A stretch of 64,000 bases of DNA from an uncultured Gammaproteobacteria bacterium (GCA_963748215.1 CAVVHS010000006.1:192001-256000), one strand, 5' to 3'; positions 1-9,336 are shown, counted from the stretch's first letter. Made by a program: numbers and translations. Notes: generated from the letters alone by a model not told the origin.

Positions 1-1
1 G

Positions 2-562
2 CTGTCATCGACCCTGTTCACCATCGCGAAGGACGTCAAGCTCCAGGTCGAGTTCAATCCCGCCACGGTGGCGGAATACCGCCTGATCGGCTACGAAAAC
101 CGTGCCCTGGCGCGCGAGGATTTCGGCAACGACCGGGTGGACGCCGGTGAAATCGGCGCCGGGCATTCGGTGACGGCCATCTACGAGGTGGCCCTGGCGG
201 GCAGCGGGGGCGAGCGACTGGGCGCGGGTCGCTATCAGCGCGAGCGCGGCGGCAAGGGCGGCCTGGCAAATGAACTGGCGATGGTGCGCGTGCGTTACAA
301 GTTGCCGGACAATCCGACGAGTGCGCTGGTCGAGGCGCTGATGCTGAAGTCTGCCATGATCGGCGACATCGCGCAGACCTCCGAACGCTACCGGTTCGCG
401 GCTGCGGTGGCCGGGTTCGGACAGCTGTTGCGCGGAGGTAAATATACCGGCACGTTCGATTATAGCGACGTGCTCGCACTGGCACGCGGTGCGCGCGGTG
501 ACGATGCATACGGCTATCGTGGCGAGTTCCTGCAACTGGTGAACCTTGCGGCATCCCTGTAA
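2..562 (+). CDS. vWA-domain (YfbK-like) protein, C-terminal part (5' truncated by window)
   Basis: Frame open from base 2: TLFTIAKDVKLQVEFNPATVAEYRLIGYENRAL...DAGEIGAGHSVTAIYEV...FAAAVAGFGQLLR, typical YfbK/DUF3520 C-terminus. Confidence 0.85.
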   Translation: MSSTLFTIAKDVKLQVEFNPATVAEYRLIGYENRALAREDFGNDRVDAGEIGAGHSVTAIYEVALAGSGGERLGAGRYQRERGGKGGLANELAMVRVRYKLPDNPTSALVEALMLKSAMIGDIAQTSERYRFAAAVAGFGQLLRGGKYTGTFDYSDVLALARGARGDDAYGYRGEFLQLVNLAASL

Positions 563-603
563 GCTTGCACGACGACCGGCGAGCGGTATGACAGGGGGCA
601 TGC

Positions 604-1185
604 ATGAGCGGTGATATTCCGGCGGCGGGCAGCGACGAAGATCTCATGCTGCGCTACGGCCGGGGCGACCTCGAAGCGTTTCACAGTCTCTACAATCGAC
701 ACCGTGCCGGCCTGTACCGCTATTTCCTGCGCCAGACCGGTGCCGGCATGGCCGAGGAACTTTTCCAGGACGTATGGGCCAGCGTGATCCAGTCACGCCG
801 GCGCTACCGTCCGACTGCCGGCTTCCGTACCTGGCTGTACACCCTGGCGCGAAACCGCCTGATCGATTACTGGCGTGCCCGGGGTCGGTTGCCGGCCATG
901 GATGACAGCGTGGATGACGACTGTCTGCTGGATACGGCCGGCGCGCGGGCCGGACCGCTGCAGCTCGCCGGCCTGCGTGACTGTATCGAGTATTTGCTGG
1001 CGCAGGTGGCGGCGCTGCCGAATGCGCAACGCGAAACCTTTCTGCTGTGCCACGAGGGCGGCCTGTCACTGGCGCAGATTGCCGCGGCCATGAAGACCGG
1101 CACCGAAACGGCGAAGAGCCGTTTGCGTTATGCCATGGACCGGTTACGCATGGCGCTGCCGGAAGAATGCCTGGAAGAGGTTTGA
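604..1185 (+). CDS. ECF RNA polymerase sigma-70 factor
   Basis: DEDLMLRY..GDLEAF..LY.RH, AEELFQDVW, FRTWLYTLARNRLIDYWR (region 2); LPNAQRETFLL..EGGLSLAQIA...ETAKSRLRYA (region 4). Confidence 0.93.
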   Translation: MSGDIPAAGSDEDLMLRYGRGDLEAFHSLYNRHRAGLYRYFLRQTGAGMAEELFQDVWASVIQSRRRYRPTAGFRTWLYTLARNRLIDYWRARGRLPAMDDSVDDDCLLDTAGARAGPLQLAGLRDCIEYLLAQVAALPNAQRETFLLCHEGGLSLAQIAAAMKTGTETAKSRLRYAMDRLRMALPEECLEEV

Positions 1186-1190
1186 TCCCG

Positions 1191-2186
1191 ATGGATGAAC
1201 GTGACGACAGTCTTGCCCGGTTGTACCGACGCTCCTCACGCGAGGAGCCGCCGGCGCAGGTTGATCTTGCCGTTATGGAAATGGCGAGACGGGCGTCCCG
1301 GCGTGCGCCGTGGTCGCCGTTCGGCAATCACTGGCTGGCCACCGGGGCGGTGGCCGCCGTGGCGCTGGTCAGCGTGGTACTGGTGGTGTTCATGCAGGAG
1401 CAGTCCAGCCTGACGGCGCTGCCCGAAGCAGCGCGGGACAGCGTTGCGCTGCGCGTACCGGAGGCGGGCCGGGAACAGGCACTGGATGACGGTTCCATCC
1501 GGCTGCCGCTTCCGCCCCCCGGCAAGCAGATGGACAGCGAAGCGGCGCTTGCCGACAAGGCCCCGGCCGGGATGAAACGGGAGCAGGCGGAGTTACCCGC
1601 GGCGCAACCCGCAGACGCACCGGCGTCGCAACCTGGCGCTGCCGGGGCGCAGCAGCCACGCGAGTCGGGACCGCCGCAACCGCGTTTCGATTTCTACAAG
1701 TCCTCGCCGGAGATGCAGGTCGTCGTGCCGGCACCGGCTCCGGCACCGGCTCCGGCGGCAGTCACGCCGTCGCAGCCGTCGCCGCCGGCTGCGACGATGG
1801 CTGCCCCCGAACCACCGGCCGGGACGCCAGAGGAGCTGGACTCGCAAGCACCCGCGGCCCCGGCCGGCGTACCCGCGCCGGCAACCGTCGCGGCGCCGTC
1901 CGCCGAGCTTGCCGCTGCGACAGTGGTCGGCTCGCCTGCGGCGCCGCCGGCCGGCTACTATCTGCAGGTCGGTGCGTTTCGTGCCGCGGACTCCGCGGCA
2001 CGATTCAGGACCCGCCTCGAGGCGCTGCAGCTGCCGGCCAGCGTCGAGGCCATCGAACTCGCCAACCGGGAGACCTGGCACCGCGTCCGGGTCGGGCCCT
2101 ACCCGGACATGGCGGCCACGGAAGCGGTGCGTTCCAGGCTGAAGGCGCAGGGGATCGACAGTCTGCTGGTGAAGCCCGCCGAGTGA
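1191..2186 (+). CDS. Putative anti-sigma membrane protein with Pro/Ala linker and C-terminal SPOR domain
   Basis: ATG 5 nt after the sigma stop; short N-terminal cytoplasmic part, one TM (WLATGAVAAVALVSVVLVVFM), YYLQVGAF...WHRVRVGPY SPOR signature. Confidence 0.75.
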   Translation: MDERDDSLARLYRRSSREEPPAQVDLAVMEMARRASRRAPWSPFGNHWLATGAVAAVALVSVVLVVFMQEQSSLTALPEAARDSVALRVPEAGREQALDDGSIRLPLPPPGKQMDSEAALADKAPAGMKREQAELPAAQPADAPASQPGAAGAQQPRESGPPQPRFDFYKSSPEMQVVVPAPAPAPAPAAVTPSQPSPPAATMAAPEPPAGTPEELDSQAPAAPAGVPAPATVAAPSAELAAATVVGSPAAPPAGYYLQVGAFRAADSAARFRTRLEALQLPASVEAIELANRETWHRVRVGPYPDMAATEAVRSRLKAQGIDSLLVKPAE

Positions 2187-2300
2187 CGCGGGTCTGCGGC
2201 AGGCCGCCATGTCATGGTCGTGTCTTTCGCTGATCGTATGTATAAAAGTGTAAGATATCGCGCACTCCCACACGCTTTTCCTGCGAAACGTTATTAAGAT

Positions 2301-2318
2301 ATTGACTTTAAAGTCAAT
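2301..2318. promoter_or_regulatory. Perfect 18-bp palindrome (putative operator) upstream of SARP gene
   Basis: ATTGACTTTAAAGTCAAT is its own reverse complement, in AT-rich intergenic DNA. Confidence 0.45.
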
Positions 2319-2485
2319 TACTATGCTATGCATCCCGGGCACTGTGTCAGAAATGTCATGATAATTGACAGTCTCGGGCGGCGGCTGGTTGGTTTGCGGC
2401 CATTAAAAATCGGTATTTCAACGACATAACAACGGTGGCGTAATTATTGCAGTAAATGTCTTGTTAGGCAGTCGCTTGGCAGGTA

Positions 2486-3334
2486 ATGGACAGACAGCAT
2501 TCATCGGGTATAACAGCGCCAGCAGAGAATTCCGTGCTGGTCCGCGAGCCGTCTGACGCGGCTGGCATGCCTCTTCGCGTCTATACCCTGGGACGTTTCT
2601 CGCTGGTCAGGGATGGCCTGCCACTGCGCTATACCCGCAAGGCGCCAAGTAAACCGCTCCTGCTGCTGAAGGTACTGCTTGCCTGCGGTGGCCGTCAGGT
2701 CGGCGCTGGCAACATCGCCGCCACCCTCTGGCCCGACAAGGACGGCGACCTGGCCCAGCAATCTTTCGAAATCACCCTGCATCGGTTGCGCAAGTATCTC
2801 GGTGACGACGGGTTCCTGCTGCTGGAGGACGGCCGCCTGACCCTCAACAGCGCGAAGGTCTGGGTTGATGCCTGGGAATTCGAGCGGCACCTGTCCGAGC
2901 TGCGCCGGTTGATGCGCGGTCAGGGTAACAACCATTCCATGCGGATCAACCAGCTGGCAGACCGCGTACTGTGGATCTACCAGGGACACTTCCTGTCACG
3001 CGACGACACGGTATGCTGGATGGTGTCGATGCAGGAGCGGTTGCGCAGCAAGTATACCCACTGCCTGGTCGATCTCGGCAATTACTGGGAGTCCCGGGGT
3101 CTGCCGGAGCAGGCCGCGTGTTGCTACCGGAAGGGTATCGTGGTCGACGACCTGATCGAGACGTTTTACCAGCGCCTGATGGTCTGTTTCCTGCGCACCG
3201 GCAGGGAGCCGGATGCGATCGCGACTTACCGCCAGTGCCGGCAGGTGCTGTCTGTCATCCTTGGCCTGCAGCCTACCGATTACACCACGCAGATCTACCA
3301 CTCCGCACTCGCACGCTGCGCAAAGCGCGCCTGA
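2486..3334 (+). CDS. SARP/AfsR-family transcriptional regulator (wHTH + BTAD)
   Basis: LRVYTLGRFSL, LWPD....AQQSFEITLHRLRKYL, VWVDAWEFE, YQGHFL, E.FYQRLM..F...GRE.DAIATYRQCR..L...LGLQP. Confidence 0.9.
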   Translation: MDRQHSSGITAPAENSVLVREPSDAAGMPLRVYTLGRFSLVRDGLPLRYTRKAPSKPLLLLKVLLACGGRQVGAGNIAATLWPDKDGDLAQQSFEITLHRLRKYLGDDGFLLLEDGRLTLNSAKVWVDAWEFERHLSELRRLMRGQGNNHSMRINQLADRVLWIYQGHFLSRDDTVCWMVSMQERLRSKYTHCLVDLGNYWESRGLPEQAACCYRKGIVVDDLIETFYQRLMVCFLRTGREPDAIATYRQCRQVLSVILGLQPTDYTTQIYHSALARCAKRA

Positions 3335-3465
3335 CTTCCGGGAAAGACTCACCGCCGGCGCATTCGTGTCCGGTTCACCTGTTGTTGATCACGCCTGTTG
3401 AGCCACGGGCAGGTCTGTACCGAGCGTAGACATATTCCATCCTGCGCAGCTATGAAATTCTCGAA

Positions 3466-3484
3466 TCTGTAAGTTATCTGTAAG
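3466..3484 (+). promoter_or_regulatory. Direct repeat TCTGTAAG with 11-bp period; candidate SARP binding site
   Basis: TCTGTAAG at 3466 and 3477; possible -10 TAGTGT at 3496-3501. Confidence 0.5.
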
Positions 3485-3552
3485 CCGGTGTCGGTTAGTG
3501 TGGATCTCAACAACAGCAAGACCGCTGTAACACACTAATAACTGGCATAGCT

Positions 3553-3792
3553 ATGGATTGCTTCATCATACGGGTTTATCGCCACATCACTCCGGAACAC
3601 GGCAAGCCGGACGAGATTGCCGGCCTGGTGGAGCGCGTTGGTCGACAGGACAACGGCAAGCCCTTTTCAGGATATAGATCCCTGGTAGATGTCCTGCGTA
3701 GGGAATATATGGCTGATTCTGACAATTCGCCAGATTATTCCGAACTGCCGGTGAGCAGAATTCAGGTTGTGCATACCGGTAAGAACCGATAG
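3553..3792 (+). CDS. Small hypothetical protein (79 aa)
   Basis: MDCFIIRVYR...IAGLVERVG...PFS; fills the gap between the SARP and sorting-signal genes on the same strand. Confidence 0.65.
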   Translation: MDCFIIRVYRHITPEHGKPDEIAGLVERVGRQDNGKPFSGYRSLVDVLRREYMADSDNSPDYSELPVSRIQVVHTGKNR

Positions 3793-3846
3793 CCGGCGTG
3801 GTCAGCAAACATCGAGAATAGCTATTTTGGGGGAGTGCCTGTCACT

Positions 3847-4665
3847 ATGAATTCTAAAAACACACGTTCACTGTTTGTTTCATTATTTCTGCTGGTTATA
3901 TCGTCAGAGTCGCTGGCTACGACTCTTAGCTATGTACTGGATCAGTCCAATGCGCTGCCTGACAATGTTGACTACCTCACGGTAACCATATCGGACGACG
4001 TTGAAGGCCAGCTCGATTTCTGGGTGGATGTCCGGTCACCGTTGACAGACATTGCCGGTAAAAACTTCGGGATCCAGAAATTTGCCTTCAATGTCGGTGG
4101 TGACATCGTGCCGGGCAATTACGGGCATCATCGTAGGGATACTCATCGACAGAACTGGTGGGGCGACGACGGGCGTCATCATAGGGACAGGCGGGAAGGC
4201 CATGGGGATTCTGCACGCAAAGATCGCAGGCATTCAGACAGGGAGTCCTGCTTGCTGGACACCTTGCTGGCGGCCGAGGATTTTATCCTGCCAGATGGCT
4301 GGAATGTAAAGTTTGGCAAAAACAGGTCGCATGGCGGTGACGGCTTTAACGTGCGCCTGCTGGGCAACGGCAGCAACCGTCAGGACCCGCTGCATTTTTC
4401 CGTACTCGGCCTTGAGCTTGAAAACGTGCTTGCCGGATTTTCCGCTTATGTCGCCGGCTTTGAATACATCAGCGGCGATTGTGGTCACGGCAACGGCGGT
4501 CATAAAGACAGGCATGCGGGTGGCTGCAGACGACGTATCACCAGCGCCTACTTCTTTGGTGATCGTCCCATAGTCGTGCCGCTGCCTGCCACGGTCTGGC
4601 TGCTGGGTAGCGGGCTGCTCGGTTTCGTCGGTGTGGCGCAGCGCCGCAGGGTTAACAGGTTTTAG
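3847..4665 (+). CDS. VPLPA-CTERM (PEP-CTERM-type exosortase target) secreted protein
   Basis: N-terminal signal peptide; C-terminal VPLPATVWLLGSGLLGFVGVAQRRR (motif + TM + basic tail); start 3835 or 3847. Confidence 0.88.
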   Translation: MNSKNTRSLFVSLFLLVISSESLATTLSYVLDQSNALPDNVDYLTVTISDDVEGQLDFWVDVRSPLTDIAGKNFGIQKFAFNVGGDIVPGNYGHHRRDTHRQNWWGDDGRHHRDRREGHGDSARKDRRHSDRESCLLDTLLAAEDFILPDGWNVKFGKNRSHGGDGFNVRLLGNGSNRQDPLHFSVLGLELENVLAGFSAYVAGFEYISGDCGHGNGGHKDRHAGGCRRRITSAYFFGDRPIVVPLPATVWLLGSGLLGFVGVAQRRRVNRF

Positions 4666-4676
4666 GTTTTATCCGA

Positions 4677-5166
4677 CTCCGTAAATTGCCCCCGGCGCAG
4701 GTATCGACCGGGGGGATTTTTTCGGAAGAGGGATGTAACAGGTTTTCAGTCTCCGTAAATTGCCCCCGGCGCAGGTATCGACCGGGGGGATTTTTTCGGA
4801 AGAGGGATGTAACAGGTTTTCAGTCTCCGTAAATTGCCCCCGGCGCAGGTATCGACCGGGGGGATTTTTTCGGAAGAGGGATGTAACAGGTTTTCAGTCT
4901 CCGTAAATTGCCCCCGGCGCAGGTATCGACCGGGGGGATTTTTTCGGAAAAGGGATGTAACAGGTTTTCAGTCTCCGTAAATTGCCCCCGGCGCAGGTAT
5001 CGACCGGGGGGATTTTTTCGGAAGAGGGATGTAACAGGTTTTCAGTCTCCGTAAATTGCCCCCGGCGCAGGTATCGACCGGGGGGATTTTTTCGGAAAAG
5101 GGATGTAACAGGTATTCAGTCTCCGTAAATTCCCCCGGCACGTGAAAACGACCGGGGGATTTTTTT
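4677..5166 (+). repeat. Tandem array of 74-bp units (6 near-identical + 1 diverged partial), each with a GC hairpin and U-tract
   Basis: Unit CTCCGTAAATTGCCCCCGGCGCAGGTATCGACCGGGGGGATTTTTTCGGAAGAGGGATGTAACAGGTTTTCAGT starts at 4677, 4751, 4825, 4899, 4973, 5047; diverged copy at 5121. Confidence 0.97.
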
Positions 5167-5484
5167 GACGGCGCATGTCCGTCTCGCTATTCAAACGCCA
5201 GTAAGTGGGTCGGCATGAAATCCGGCTGTTGCGTCATACTTACTTACTCCTGCCGATTACCGGTCTGCCTGGCCTGACGGGGTAAGTCCGCTGTTGCATC
5301 TGACAAACTCTGGCCGTGGGCAGGCCCCGGGGCTATGGCTGACCGTCATGTCACCCGCCAGCTTTTATGCTACCTTTCGTTCAGGTAATACAGGCGGAAA
5401 CTGCCTGTAGGGGCGGCTGAACTGCGAATTTGCACCTGGCATCGCGGAGTTCACCTGAATAACACGTTTTCGCGGAGGTTCATC

Positions 5485-6240
5485 ATGAGCAAATCTTTTT
5501 TCATTCCAGCCGGACTGCTTGCGGTGCTGATCGCCAGTAATCCACTGCACGCCGGCCTCTCGGACATGTTCGACAAGCTGAAAGGCAGCGTGTCGGGCAA
5601 GGCACCGGACAGCACGGCCGCCATGAGCGCACTCTCCAACGACGAAATGATCTCCGGTCTCAAGGAAGCGCTCGGCAAGGGTACGCAGTACGCAGTGGAC
5701 AATCTCGGCAAGGAGGGTGGTTTCCTGGATAATGCCAGTGTGCGCATCCCGATGCCGAAGAGCCTTTCCTGGGTGGAGAAAACCCTGCGCACCCTGCGCC
5801 AGGACAAACTCGCGGACGAATTCGTGGCCTCGATGAACCATGCCGCGGAGCGTGCCGTGCCGGAGGCGGCGGACGTGTTCGGCGATGCCATCCAGCAGAT
5901 GACGCTTGAGGATGCACGCGGTATCCTGAGCGGCCCGGATGATGCTGCGACGCAGTATTTCCGCAAGACTACCTCAGCCACACTGACGGAAAAGATGCGA
6001 CCCATCGTCGAGGAGGCTACGGCGGCGACCGGCGTCACGTCATCGTACAAGAACATGATGTCGAAGGCGGGCGGCATGACCAGCCTGCTGTCATCCGATG
6101 CCACCGACCTGGACGGCTACGTCACCGAAAAGACCCTCGACGGCCTGTTCCTGATGGTGGCCGAGGAAGAGAAACGTATCCGCCAGAATCCGCTGGCCCG
6201 ATCCACGGATCTGCTGAAAAAAGTGTTTGGCAGCCTCTAG
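5485..6240 (+). CDS. DUF4197-family secreted protein
   Basis: Signal peptide; GLKEAL.KG...AV..LG..GGF, SMNHAAERAVPEA, DDAATQYFR, YVTEKTLDGLFLMVAEEEKRIRQNP. Confidence 0.88.
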   Translation: MSKSFFIPAGLLAVLIASNPLHAGLSDMFDKLKGSVSGKAPDSTAAMSALSNDEMISGLKEALGKGTQYAVDNLGKEGGFLDNASVRIPMPKSLSWVEKTLRTLRQDKLADEFVASMNHAAERAVPEAADVFGDAIQQMTLEDARGILSGPDDAATQYFRKTTSATLTEKMRPIVEEATAATGVTSSYKNMMSKAGGMTSLLSSDATDLDGYVTEKTLDGLFLMVAEEEKRIRQNPLARSTDLLKKVFGSL

Positions 6241-6448
6241 CCCGCCCGCCGCACCGGTGTCCCGGATGATCACTCCCGCCATCCAGGGCCGGCGCGCAGC
6301 CGTATGTTCCCTGCATCGTGACGCTCACACAGGGTCCGGGCTGCTGGAATAGGCGGGCCCGCCCCGATCGGGTAAACTAGTACACTTCTTTTTTCCACGG
6401 TACCGCGGCGCATGCGCCGCGGTCTGCTGATTACCGAAGGCCCGTTTC

Positions 6449-8774
6449 ATGACCCGACGCCGCCCGCGCCGCCGCAAGTCGTCCCGGCGCAAGCGCAGCC
6501 ACAAGTCGTTGCCCTGGTTCAAGCTGCTGCTGGTCCTGCTGCTGGTGCTGGCGGGTTACGTCGTCTGGCTCGATATCCAGGTCACCGCGCAATTCACCGG
6601 CAAGCGCTGGTCGCTGCCGGCGCGGGTGTACGCACGGCCGCTGGATCTGTATGCCGGGCAGGAGCTGACGCCAGAGCAGCTGGTATCGGAGCTGAAGGCA
6701 CTCAACTACCGGCCGGTGCGTTCCGTGCAGCAGGCCGGACAATACTCGCGCAACAGCGGCGTATTCCACGTCATGACCCGGCCGTTCACCTTCTGGGACG
6801 GACAGGAGCCGGCACGCAACCTGCGGATCGGTTTTTCCAGAGGGGCGGTGTCGCAGCTGGCCGATCGCAGCAGCGGCGGCACCATTGCGCTGGCGCGCCT
6901 GGACCCGGTACTGGTCGGCAGCTTCTATCCGGCGCATAACGAGGACCGCGTCCTGTTGCAGCTGGAGCAGGTGCCGGTCGGCCTCACCGATGCGCTGATC
7001 GCGATCGAGGACCGCGGTTTCTACCAGCACCACGGCATCGCACCGCTCGCCATCCTGCGCGCGCTGTGGGCCAACATCCGCGCCGGCGGCGTGGTGCAGG
7101 GGGGCAGCACCCTGACCCAGCAGCTGGTGAAAAACTTCTTCCTCACCAGCGAGCGCTCGCTGGTGAGAAAGGTGAATGAAGCGATCATGGCCCTGCTGCT
7201 GGAGTTCCACTACAGCAAGGACGAAATCCTCGAGGCCTACCTGAACGAGGTTTACCTCGCGCAGGACGGCAGCCGTTCCATCAATGGCTTCGGCCTGGCC
7301 AGCTATTTTTATTTCGATCGACCGCTGGTGGAGCTGAGCGTCGACCAGTACGCGCTGCTGGTCGGCCTGGTCAAGGGCCCGTCCTACTACAATCCCTGGA
7401 AACACCCGGAGCGCGCGCGGGCACGGCGCAACCTGGTGCTGGACATCATGGCGGACCTCAAGCTGATCGGCACGGAAGAGGCCGGGCGCGCCGAAGTCCC
7501 AGAAGCTCGGTGTCGGGCCGGTCGGGCGCAAGGCGATCAACACCTTCCCGGCCTTCCTGGACCTGGTACGGCGCCAGCTGCAGACCGATTACCGCGACGA
7601 GGACATTACCTCGGAAGGCCTGACCATCTTCACCACGCTGGACCCGCAGGCGCAGTGGCAGGTCGAGCGCGTGCTGTCCAGGCGCCTGGATGAGCTCGAG
7701 CACGGCCTGGGCATGGAAAGCGGCAAGCTGGAGGGCGCGGCCGTGGTGACCTCGGTGCAGGGCGGCGAAGTGCTGGCCATGGCCGGCGGACGCGATCCGA
7801 AATTCGTGGGCTTCAACCGCGCGCTGGATGCCTACCGCCAGGTCGGCTCGCTGCTCAAGCCGGCCGTCTACCTGACGGCACTGGAACAGCCGCAGCGCTA
7901 CACACTGGCCACGCTGATCGATGACAGTCCGCTGACCTACACGGCGCGCAACGGCGATGTGTGGGAACCCGGCAACTATGACAAGCAGAATCACGGCATG
8001 GTGCCGCTCTACCAGGCACTGGCGCATTCCTACAACATCAGCACGTCGCGGCTGGGCCTGGCCATCGGCGTGGACAAGGTCATCGACACGCTGCGCCGGC
8101 TGGGCGTCGAGCAGAAACTCAATCCCTATCCGTCGCTGCTGCTCGGTGCTGTGGAGATGTCGCCGTTCCAGGTGACGCGCATGTACCAGACCTTTGCCAG
8201 CGGCGGCTTCGCCACGCCGCTGCGCGCCATCACGGCGGTGCTGGCTTCGGACAAGACGCCGCTGCAGCGCTACCCGCTCAATGTCCGTGCGGCCATTGCG
8301 CCGGGGCCGGACCACCTCATCACTACCGCGCTGCTGTATGTCGTGCGCGAAGGCACCGGCCAGGCGATTTACCAGGCGCTGCCGGCCGATCGCAATGTCG
8401 CCGGCAAGACCGGCACCACGGACGACCTGCGTGACAGCTGGTTTGCCGGGTTCACCGGTGACCGGCTTGGCGTGGTGTGGGTGGGCCGTGACGACAACCA
8501 GCCGACCGGTCTGAGCGGCTCCACCGGCGCGCTGCGGATATGGCGCGACGTGTTTGCCGGTTTCAACGACTCGGGCTGGACGCAAACGCTGATCGATGCT
8601 ATCGAATACCACTGGATCGACCCGGCGACCGGCCTGCTGGCCGATGCCGGTTGCCTGGATGCCGTACAATTACCCTTTATCAAGGGCAGTGCGCCGACGC
8701 AGTCCGCACCCTGCGTGCGCGGCGCCGGTTCCCTGCCGGAAGCGGTTGACTGGTTCAAGGAGCTGTTTCAGTGA
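6449..8774 (+). CDS. mrcB: Penicillin-binding protein 1B (apparent +1 frameshift near 7492)
   Basis: UB2H region, transglycosylase EDRGFYQHHG / QGGSTLTQQLVKN, transpeptidase GSLLKP, SYN, KTG; frames join if one base is removed near 7492. Confidence 0.92.
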
Positions 8775-9319
8775 AAATGATCAAGCTATCCCGTCTGTGG
8801 CTGCCTGCACTGCTGGGCGTGCTGCTGGTGCAGGGCTGTGCGCCGACCTACTATCCACCGCGCGGCGACCGGTTGCCGCCGCCGGTCGTGGAGCAGGGCA
8901 GCCAGGTACCGGACGACATGCGCCTGCCGCAACCATCGCCGCCGGTGACGAGCGTGCCACAACCGGCGCCGCCGGTCGTGACACGGCCGCAATCGCCGGC
9001 CGTGGTGGCGCTGCTGGACACCGCCGAGCAGCAGGCCAACAGCGGCGACCTGGAGGCGGCCGCCGCCTCGCTGGAACGCGCCATCCGCATCGATTCGCGC
9101 AATCCGCTGCTGTGGCACCACCTCGCCACGGTGCGCCTGTCGCAGGGTGACGCGCAGGCCGCGGAGCAGCTCGCTACCAAGTCGAACAGCCTGGCCTCGG
9201 GCAATACCGTGCAGCAATCGCGCAACTGGGAACTGATCGCGCGTGCGCGACGTGCCCAGCGCGACGAACCGGGCGCTGCCGCGGCTGAGCGGCGCGCCCG
9301 CGAACTGGCGGGGCGGTGA
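8771..9319 (+). CDS. TPR lipoprotein, LpoP-like putative PBP1b activator
   Basis: Lipobox LVQGC, Pro-rich linker, TPR AAASLERAIRIDSRNPLLWHHLA; overlaps mrcB stop. Confidence 0.75.
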   Translation: MKMIKLSRLWLPALLGVLLVQGCAPTYYPPRGDRLPPPVVEQGSQVPDDMRLPQPSPPVTSVPQPAPPVVTRPQSPAVVALLDTAEQQANSGDLEAAAASLERAIRIDSRNPLLWHHLATVRLSQGDAQAAEQLATKSNSLASGNTVQQSRNWELIARARRAQRDEPGAAAAERRARELAGR

Positions 9320-9336
9320 GGGTGCGGGACATGATG

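Noticed and set aside
3543-3556. Sigma-54 promoter TGGCAT-N5-TGG before the small ORF
   Set aside because: The -12 GC is missing and the site overlaps the start codon
4677-5166. CRISPR array interpretation of the 74-bp repeats
   Set aside because: Units are identical end to end with no unique spacers, and no cas genes are in the window
6237-6258. CTAGCCCGC at the DUF4197 stop resembling the MITE end
   Set aside because: Only 9 nt match contiguously and no partner inverted end was found nearby
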